A stretch of DNA of 64,000 nt from an uncultured virus (IMG/VR IMGVR_UViG_3300042878_001709) (Duplodnaviria > Heunggongvirae > Uroviricota > Caudoviricetes), in IMG/VR virus record IMGVR_UViG_3300042878_001709, positions 1-64,000 of that record; one strand, given 5' to 3'. This document shows, in pieces, positions 19,621 through 26,750 of the stretch (position 1 is its first letter; every line of letters begins with the position of its first letter). The notes below the pieces were generated by a model, which was given only the letters and a program-made list of their open reading frames with translations, did not search any database and was not told the DNA's origin. The position numbers were made by a program, and so were the translations under genes.

Positions 19621-21075
19621 ATGGAAAAGAAAGTATGTACCAAATGTAAGGAAGAAAAAGAATTATCTGAGTTTTATAGTAGTGATAAAAGTTCTTGTAA
19701 GGTATGTCTTAAAGAAAAATTAAAAGAAAGGGGTAAAGAATATAAAAAAGAAGATTATAAAATAAAAAATGAATTACTTATTAATGAAGGTAGAAAAATA
19801 TGTTCCAAATGTAAGGAAGAAAAAGAATTATCTGAGTTTTATAGTAGTAAAAAAGTTAAGTGCGGGTACAATGGGCATTGTAAGGGATGCGATAGTAAAA
19901 GAGTTAGGGTATATATAAAAAAAGATACTGAGTATACTAGATTTATTAATGAAAGAAAAATTCTTATGTTAGAAGGTAAATGTAGATGTTATAAATGTAA
20001 AAAAATTAAACCACTAACAAGTTACCTAAAAGGAAGATATAATCGTTGTAAAGATTGTATTAATGAAAAAGTTATAAAAAAACGGATAGAAAATGATCCC
20101 CAATATTATATTAAAAAAGAAGAAAAATTAAAATTAAAAAAAGAAAAAGAATACAAAAAATTATTATTAATAGAAGGTAAGAAAAAGTGTTTAAACTGTA
20201 ATCATATATTACCAGTAAAAAATTTCCTATCTATATTAAAACATTATTGTATTAAATGTGATGAAGAAAAAAAATTAAATCATAATAAAAAAGAAACTTT
20301 TATTATTTGTGGTAAATGTAATCTATCTAATAAAAAAAATAATTTTATTACTTATGGTAATGAAAAGTATGGAAAGATTACAATATGTAAAGATTGTTAC
20401 ATTAATAAAACAACAAAGGTTTGTAATGATTGTGGTGTAGATAAATCTTTGGATGAATATTATTGCAATCAAAAAAAAAGTGAAAAATCAAATAGAAATA
20501 GTATATGTAAAGTATGTAGTAATAGTAGACATAAACTTAGATTAAAACATAAATTAAAGGATCAAGAATATCTTATAAAATTTAGAGAAAGAAAGGCGAG
20601 AGAGAAAAGAAATAAACGTAAGAGGGATAGAGGACAATTAGGAATTAAAATACCTAAACTAAAAAAAGTAACTGAAAGAAAATATAGTATTAAAGATAAA
20701 GAAAGACAAAAAGAAAGAAAAAAAGAAAGATATAAAACTGACATACTTTATAGGGTAAAAACTAAAATGAGAGAAAGAATTAGAAGAGTTATTAGAGAAA
20801 ATGGGTATACAAAAAAATCTACAACCTATGAAATATTAGGAATTACATTCGAAGAATTTAAAACATATATAGAATCACAATGGGAAGAATGGATGAACTG
20901 GAACAACTATGGTCTATATAACAAAGAAGAAAAATACGGATGGGATTTTGATCATATAATTCCGTTATCATCAGGTAAGTGTGAAGAAGATTTAATTAGA
21001 TTAAATCATCATAGTAATATACAACCACTGTGTTCTTATATTAATAGAAATGTAAAGAGAGATAAAATAATATAA
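19621..21075 (+). CDS. HNH homing-endonuclease-like protein with repeated CxxC modules
   Basis: Many CxxC pairs (KCKEEKELSEFYSS twice); WDFDHIIPL...NHHSNIQPLCS..N..K. Confidence 0.8.
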   Translation: MEKKVCTKCKEEKELSEFYSSDKSSCKVCLKEKLKERGKEYKKEDYKIKNELLINEGRKICSKCKEEKELSEFYSSKKVKCGYNGHCKGCDSKRVRVYIKKDTEYTRFINERKILMLEGKCRCYKCKKIKPLTSYLKGRYNRCKDCINEKVIKKRIENDPQYYIKKEEKLKLKKEKEYKKLLLIEGKKKCLNCNHILPVKNFLSILKHYCIKCDEEKKLNHNKKETFIICGKCNLSNKKNNFITYGNEKYGKITICKDCYINKTTKVCNDCGVDKSLDEYYCNQKKSEKSNRNSICKVCSNSRHKLRLKHKLKDQEYLIKFRERKAREKRNKRKRDRGQLGIKIPKLKKVTERKYSIKDKERQKERKKERYKTDILYRVKTKMRERIRRVIRENGYTKKSTTYEILGITFEEFKTYIESQWEEWMNWNNYGLYNKEEKYGWDFDHIIPLSSGKCEEDLIRLNHHSNIQPLCSYINRNVKRDKII

Positions 21076-21296
21076 GTCTACAACCTAATAATCATACAAT
21101 ATAAGGTTACAACCTAATAATGAATTTAAGACCGTCTGAGACACTATAACATCTGTATGGTATAGGAAGATATTTCTTAAAAGATAGTTTATTAGAGTGT
21201 ACCAGAAACCACCACAATTAATTCTATAAACTGTACCTATACATATAAATGTGTTTGCCTCATTAAAATAGACTATATTTTATAATCGATGTATAA

Positions 21297-21493
21297 AGTG
21301 GTAAAAAGTGGGATATTGAATAAGGTTTAAAGAGAAAGGGTAAAATAACATTGCGTAGTGCGTTAATTCTCCCTATAATATTTCTGAAATTTTCAAAAAC
21401 CTATATACAAATATACGGAAAAAATATGTAAAAATCAACTATTTAGGTAAAAAAGTTATTAACAAAACTAGTACCTTACCACTTTTTACCACT
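21297..21493. repeat. perfect 15-bp inverted repeat in a ~510-bp gap
   Basis: AGTGGTAAAAAGTGG 21297-21311; CCACTTTTTACCACT 21479-21493. Confidence 0.85.
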
Positions 21494-21587
21494 ACGTATA
21501 TTTATTTATATGGAAGATGAGATAGAAGTAGTAGAATGGGAACATGGTGATAACATTACATTCAACTGTTAACATATATTTATAGGT

Positions 21588-22640
21588 ATGGATAAAAAGT
21601 ATTTAAATAAGATAGTGGAGTATTTGTTAGAGGATATTGAAATAAATTATCTTCATGATACGGTAGAGATATTAGATGGATCTAATAGAACCTATGATGT
21701 AGAGTTTCTTTCAAATGGATTCTTCAGTACGGTATGGGATATATTAGAGTTTGACTATGGTTTAAACAGTGATGATTGTTTATATGTCTATGGTAATCTT
21801 TTATTTCAAATTAATAAAAAGATTAAACTTCCAGGATCCATTAATGAGTCAGTAGACAATAAAGAAATATATCTAGATAAGATTGTAGACTATATGGTAG
21901 AGGATACAACTATAACCCCAAAAGAAATTCTTTTTCCGTTTATGACAAAACCTTATCTGAGATCACCATATGGTAAACCTGAAAACTTTCCCTTCCATTT
22001 CTTCTATGAGGTATTTACCCAATACTGTAGTGATAATTATGGTTTAACTGAGAATGAATCATATAGTGTATGGGAAAAATATAAAACAATATTAATTGGT
22101 AATAAACTTATCAATGAGTCAGTAGACAATAAAGAAATATATCTAGATAAAATTGTACAGTATATAATAGATGATACAGAGATAGATTACAATAAGAATC
22201 TATGTAAACTACCATATCTATATAATCCCATTCCTATTATTCCACCCTTTATAATACCTTCTCCTTACTACTATTCTTTTCTTAAATATTGTAAAGATAT
22301 ATATGGATTGACAGGTGACGAAATTATATATGTGTGGGAAAAATATAAATCTATTGTTGACGATAAAGGATCTATTAATGAATCTGTAGACAGTAAAAAA
22401 ATATACTTAGATAAAATTGTACAGTATATAATAGATGATACTATTATAGATTATGAAGAGAGAGAAATTAAATATCCATACTTTAGTAATATACTCCTAC
22501 TTACTCCTAACAAACAACAACATCTTCCAGTACATTCCTTCAGGGCGTTTTCTATATATTGTGAAAATATGTATGGGTTACATATAGAAGAAATACAATA
22601 TGTGTGGCATCATTATATAAAAAATAGTGAATTATTTTAG
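21588..22640 (+). CDS. repeat-domain protein, 4 units joined at INES
   Basis: YLDKIV..DT...YC...YGL..E...VW..Y units; 38-bp identical junctions 21843-21880 and 22113-22150. Confidence 0.85.
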   Translation: MDKKYLNKIVEYLLEDIEINYLHDTVEILDGSNRTYDVEFLSNGFFSTVWDILEFDYGLNSDDCLYVYGNLLFQINKKIKLPGSINESVDNKEIYLDKIVDYMVEDTTITPKEILFPFMTKPYLRSPYGKPENFPFHFFYEVFTQYCSDNYGLTENESYSVWEKYKTILIGNKLINESVDNKEIYLDKIVQYIIDDTEIDYNKNLCKLPYLYNPIPIIPPFIIPSPYYYSFLKYCKDIYGLTGDEIIYVWEKYKSIVDDKGSINESVDSKKIYLDKIVQYIIDDTIIDYEEREIKYPYFSNILLLTPNKQQHLPVHSFRAFSIYCENMYGLHIEEIQYVWHHYIKNSELF

Positions 22641-22671
22641 GATATGTCGATTATTATTACTACCTTTGTTA

Positions 22672-22839
22672 TGTTGGTGGTAATACTGAAACAGGCGTAC
22701 ATATAGATATATAGTATGAAGAGATCAGAGGTCGGTTGATCATAGGTGAACTAATTATAAATATATAAGACAGGTCGGAGTCCACCCTCTTAGAGAAGAA
22801 CTTGTTTCTCTGACCCGTCTCGGTTATGAACCATTGACA
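22672..22839 (+). ncRNA. candidate structured RNA 1
   Basis: Behind TACCTTTG 22661-22668; ends pair (22672-22681 with 22830-22839); several internal hairpins. Confidence 0.45.
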
Positions 22840-22899
22840 ATATAAATTTACGGATCATTTCTGACATATCCTAATATTTATTAATATATTATTAAAGAA

Positions 22900-23931
22900 A
22901 TGAAGGTAACCATTAAAGGTATTGTTAAAGAGAATAGAGAGGATCTATTAGTGGATAGAGTTGTAGAGAGTCTACTGGGTGATACTACATATGAAGTCTA
23001 CCATAGGTTTATGGGTGAGATAATATGTGAGGTAAAATATCCAATGTATAATTATCTAATATATTTAAATGAGAGTGAAATTAAATCTCATCTAAATGAT
23101 TTTAAAGAGAAAGGGGTGGATGTAATCTTTTTTAATTTATATGATTATAACTATATGGATGACAACTATAGTATAAAAGATGAAACCATTCTAGAAAAAA
23201 TATATTTAAAGTATTATACAATCTTATTTACAAACATATTAAACGACTTTGATAATTATGAACGTAAACCAATGAATGAATCTAAAGAGAATAAGGAAGA
23301 TCTATTAGTAGATAAGATCTCACAGTATATGTTAGATGATACTGAATATGAATTTATTCCTACGATGGAAAGGGTGATAATCTTTTATCCATTCTATACT
23401 ATTGAGAACTATTACTCCACTGATAAAGTATTACCTATACTATTAAAAAGAGGTTATGATTTAGATTTTGTTAATTATGTTCAATCTACATATAGTATAA
23501 AAGACTGGAACCTTATTACTAATATATCTCAAAGGTATTATTCTTTATTATATGATAAAGTAAAAGAACTGTTAGGATCATCTAATAACCCTATGAATGA
23601 ATCTGTAGAGAGAAAAGAAGATACACTTAATAAAATAGTAGACTTTATGGTACAAGACTCTTCATGGTATATCTTTATGGATATGGGTGATGACGATGGA
23701 TCAGAACATGTAAGAGTGGAGATAACTTTCCCTAGTGGTGATACAGATGAATTCCAAATGGATGATATGGAAGTAGAATGGGATCAGTTCTTTATGAATG
23801 AAACTGATAAAGATTATTTAGAAGATCAATTTGGTATAACTGAAAGATGGATTACACAAGAACTATATAATAGATATATAAATAAACTACGTCCTATTAT
23901 ATATGAAAAAATGATAAATTATAATAGATAA
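22900..23931 (+). CDS. repeat-domain protein, 3 divergent units joined at MNES
   Basis: DRVV/DKIS/NKIV..DT.Y...YP units; leader MKVTIKGIVKE. Confidence 0.8.
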   Translation: MKVTIKGIVKENREDLLVDRVVESLLGDTTYEVYHRFMGEIICEVKYPMYNYLIYLNESEIKSHLNDFKEKGVDVIFFNLYDYNYMDDNYSIKDETILEKIYLKYYTILFTNILNDFDNYERKPMNESKENKEDLLVDKISQYMLDDTEYEFIPTMERVIIFYPFYTIENYYSTDKVLPILLKRGYDLDFVNYVQSTYSIKDWNLITNISQRYYSLLYDKVKELLGSSNNPMNESVERKEDTLNKIVDFMVQDSSWYIFMDMGDDDGSEHVRVEITFPSGDTDEFQMDDMEVEWDQFFMNETDKDYLEDQFGITERWITQELYNRYINKLRPIIYEKMINYNR

Positions 23932-23969
23932 CTATTGACTTTTTAAAATAATATATTTAATATTGTATC

Positions 23970-24190
23970 ATAGTTGTTTGATTTAGTTATGTGGGATCCT
24001 TTCCTCTTCTCCTCCCCACCCTTATGGAGAAGATAGTGTAGAGAATGACAAGTTCTTCTTATACATGAATGGAAGGTTAACACATAAAGTCTCCTCAGAG
24101 TTCATAGACTGAGTAGAGACGAATAAGAAGGAGGTAATATAATCATCGGATACGTTAAAAGATTCGAAAAAAATTATCTCCTTTTTTTAT
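23970..24190 (+). ncRNA. candidate structured RNA 2
   Basis: Stems TTATGTG/CACATAA, TCTTCTCC/GGAGAAGA, GTCTC-CTCAG/CTGAG-GAGAC, terminal AAGGAGGTAAT/ATTATCTCCTT plus T-run. Confidence 0.45.
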
Positions 24191-24199
24191 GCCCCATAA

Positions 24200-24231
24200 T
24201 TTGATTTTCTAATATATTATTCGTATATTTG
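24200..24231 (+). promoter_or_regulatory. Bacteroidota sigma70-type promoter
   Basis: TTTG 24200-24203, N20, TATATTTG 24224-24231. Confidence 0.6.
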
Positions 24232-24270
24232 TAGTATGAAATGAGATAGATATATACATATAATCCTAAT

Positions 24271-24530
24271 GGGGAGGGGGTCTTTGATAAGAGACACAAT
24301 AAACCCCCCTCCTATAGAGTAAGAGGGAGGGTCCCCCAGACACCCCCCATCGTATCCCCCCTTCCCTCTGGGTATGTTTTGGTTGTGGTAGGGGAGGCGA
24401 TATTGTCCATGAATTTTCCAGGAAATTTTTAAGTTTAGGTTCGAACCTTTTTTTATTTCATCTCCCCAAATGTCGACCTAGTTTTGATTTCACTTCAATA
24501 CCCAAAAAATTTTTCAAGTAAATTTTTAAT
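24271..24530. other. G/C-run-rich non-coding element with hairpins and palindromes
   Basis: GGAGGGGG/CCCCCTCC and GAGGGAGGG/CCCTTCCCTC arms; palindrome AGGTTCGAACCT 24437-24448. Confidence 0.6.
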
Positions 24531-24571
24531 TTTGAGAATTTAAGTGTATTTATATAATAAAAAATTATAGT

Positions 24572-24961
24572 ATGAAAAAGATAGTTAGATTAACAGAAAC
24601 AGATTTAAGAAGAATCGTAAGAAGGGTATTAATGGAAGACGAAAACCAAAACGTTTTTGATGATAATTATTTTACCACAAATAAAAAAGGAAAAATAGAA
24701 TTTAATCCTTCTGTTGGGTATCCGAGTGTATCCAAAGTAAATGGTTTATCCGCTTTGGATATGTCATCAAAAAATACAGAACCATTTGATGAGTACTGGG
24801 AAGTACAGTCAAATCCTGAAAATATTAGTTCAATAAAAGGCAATAACCAATTTGATTATACATATGATGGTGACTTTATTAATTTAATACCAAGTTCAAC
24901 AAATCCTGGTTTAAAAAATTGGAAGAAGGATTCAATGTCAATTAGGTATTACCCAAAATAA
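24572..24961 (+). CDS. leader-tagged hypothetical protein
   Basis: MKKIVRLTETDLRRIVRRVLME. Confidence 0.7.
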   Translation: MKKIVRLTETDLRRIVRRVLMEDENQNVFDDNYFTTNKKGKIEFNPSVGYPSVSKVNGLSALDMSSKNTEPFDEYWEVQSNPENISSIKGNNQFDYTYDGDFINLIPSSTNPGLKNWKKDSMSIRYYPK

Positions 24962-24980
24962 TATTTTTAAAATTTATATT

Positions 24981-25012
24981 ACCCCCATTCCTAATAAGAG
25001 TGGGGGTTTTTT
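24981..25012 (+). terminator. intrinsic terminator
   Basis: ACCCCCATTC/GAGTGGGGGT plus T-run. Confidence 0.8.
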
Positions 25013-25154
25013 ATTCTTCAATATATAGGTTTGTTCAGTGACAATGAACACCCATTTCTGGTGAACGGTGTATAGGGCTAAAAAATTTTTCAAGTAAATT
25101 TTTTAGTTTCAAATATTTTATCTACATTTGTTCTATATAGTATATTTATTTAAT

Positions 25155-25469
25155 ATGAAAAATGTGATAAAAAAAATATTAAAAGAAGAGGTAGATAATA
25201 GAATCTCTAGAGAAGATTATTTAAACAAGATTTTAGATATTCTTGTAGATGATACTATCATCGATTTTGATGAAAATCAAATGATATATCCATTCCTTCC
25301 TCTCCATCGTTTCTTCCCCTCTCTCCTTCTTCCCCTTTCCCTCTCTCTCCCCCACTTCCCCTTCTCAAAATATTGTAAAGATAGTTATGGGTTAACTGAG
25401 AATGAAATAGATTATGTGTGGGAAGAATACAGAAATATAATAAATGAAAAAATTAAAAATAGACATTAA
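25155..25469 (+). CDS. leader-tagged single-unit repeat-domain protein with C/T-rich variable insert
   Basis: MKNVIKKILKEE; insert 25289-25366. Confidence 0.85.
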   Translation: MKNVIKKILKEEVDNRISREDYLNKILDILVDDTIIDFDENQMIYPFLPLHRFFPSLLLPLSLSLPHFPFSKYCKDSYGLTENEIDYVWEEYRNIINEKIKNRH

Positions 25470-25557
25470 TGAATCTATGACGAATAAAGAAAAAAGTAAG
25501 GGGGGTGTGATTATAAAAAAAATTTGTCAGTTTAAAAATTATAGTATATTTATATAA

Positions 25558-26127
25558 ATGAAAAGGATTATTAGGGAAATATTAAAAGAAGAGGTAGATA
25601 ATAGAATCTCTAGAGAGGATTATTTAAACAAGATTTTAGGATATCTGGTAGAAGATACAATTATAGATTTTAAAGAAAATGAAATTTTATTTCCCTCCTT
25701 ACCCTCCTCTTCTCTCCTCTTATCTTCTTTGTTTCTCTTCCCCTCCTCACCCTTCTCTGAATATTGTAGAGATAATTATGGTTTAACTGAGAATGAAATA
25801 GATTATGTGTGGAAAGAATACAGAAATATAATAAATGAAAAAATGGAAAACTCGAATTCCATTAATGAATCTATGGGTAGAAAATCTGATTATTTAAACA
25901 ACATTGTTGGGTACATTGTGGATGATACAATTATAGATTTTGATGTAAATCAAATGCGATTTCCCTTTTACTCTCAACTCTATCCCCTCCTCGTTCCCCG
26001 TCTCTCTCCCACCACATCCTTCTCTGAATATTGTAGGGATAATTATGGATTAACAGATGAAGAGATAGATTATGTGTGGAAAGAATATAGAATTATAATA
26101 AATGAAAAAATAAGTGAACTCACATAA
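25558..26127 (+). CDS. leader-tagged two-unit repeat-domain protein with C/T-rich variable inserts
   Basis: MKRIIREILKEE; inserts 25690-25758 and 25960-26025. Confidence 0.85.
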   Translation: MKRIIREILKEEVDNRISREDYLNKILGYLVEDTIIDFKENEILFPSLPSSSLLLSSLFLFPSSPFSEYCRDNYGLTENEIDYVWKEYRNIINEKMENSNSINESMGRKSDYLNNIVGYIVDDTIIDFDVNQMRFPFYSQLYPLLVPRLSPTTSFSEYCRDNYGLTDEEIDYVWKEYRIIINEKISELT

Positions 26128-26128
26128 T

Positions 26129-26185
26129 AGTTGTCCGACCGAACTGTTCCTTCACCCCAACCCCTCTAAATGAGATTTTTTATTT
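26129..26185 (+). repeat. 57-bp intergenic direct repeat, copy A
   Basis: 52/57 identical to 29723-29779. Confidence 0.9.
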
Positions 26186-26218
26186 TATTATATATTTATA
26201 TAATAATAAAATTATAAT

Positions 26219-26632
26219 ATGAAAAAGATAGTAAGATTAACAGAAACAGATTTAACAAGAATTGTTAGAAGAGTTATAAAAGAAAATGAAATGTATTCAG
26301 ACTTTGGTGATTTATCTGGAGATGAACTTGATTCTCATATGAGAAGGGAAATGGAAGATAGGGTTAAGGGTGATGAATACACTTATTATGATCCTACAAG
26401 GGGGGAACATCCTTATGGTGGAAGATATGTTAATGACAGTGGATGGTGGGACACACATAACCGTCCAGAGTATTCGGGTGAATGGGAGGATTATGAGTTT
26501 GGTGATTTCACCGAATTAAAAAGAAGTGATATTCCGAATGAAAATTTTAGAAAATTAAGAACCAGAAGAGATTTTGATACAATGAAAAATCCTGATACTG
26601 GTAAAGTTCATATTAGAAAAAGAAGATATTAA
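26219..26632 (+). CDS. leader-tagged hypothetical protein
   Basis: MKKIVRLTETDLTRIVRRVIKE, nearly the leader of 24572 on an unrelated body. Confidence 0.7.
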   Translation: MKKIVRLTETDLTRIVRRVIKENEMYSDFGDLSGDELDSHMRREMEDRVKGDEYTYYDPTRGEHPYGGRYVNDSGWWDTHNRPEYSGEWEDYEFGDFTELKRSDIPNENFRKLRTRRDFDTMKNPDTGKVHIRKRRY

Positions 26633-26681
26633 AATAATTACAAAGTAGAAAAATGTAAACTTTAGTTATTTCAAATTTATT

Positions 26682-26709
26682 ACCTCATCAGAAATGGTGG
26701 GGTTTTTTT
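26682..26709 (+). terminator. intrinsic terminator, near-identical to 36881-36908
   Basis: acctcatcagaaatggtggggttttttt. Confidence 0.75.
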
Positions 26710-26750
26710 ATTTTAATTTTTAAGTTTCTAAATATATTAATATTTATATT

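Noticed and set aside
19621..21587. Group I intron hosting the HNH gene
   Set aside because: The gene has its own promoter, the flanking genes are complete and unrelated, and no intron core was recognised
25155..26127. Canonical diversity-generating retroelement
   Set aside because: No reverse transcriptase in the window, no template repeat differing only at adenines, and inserts vary in length and almost lack G
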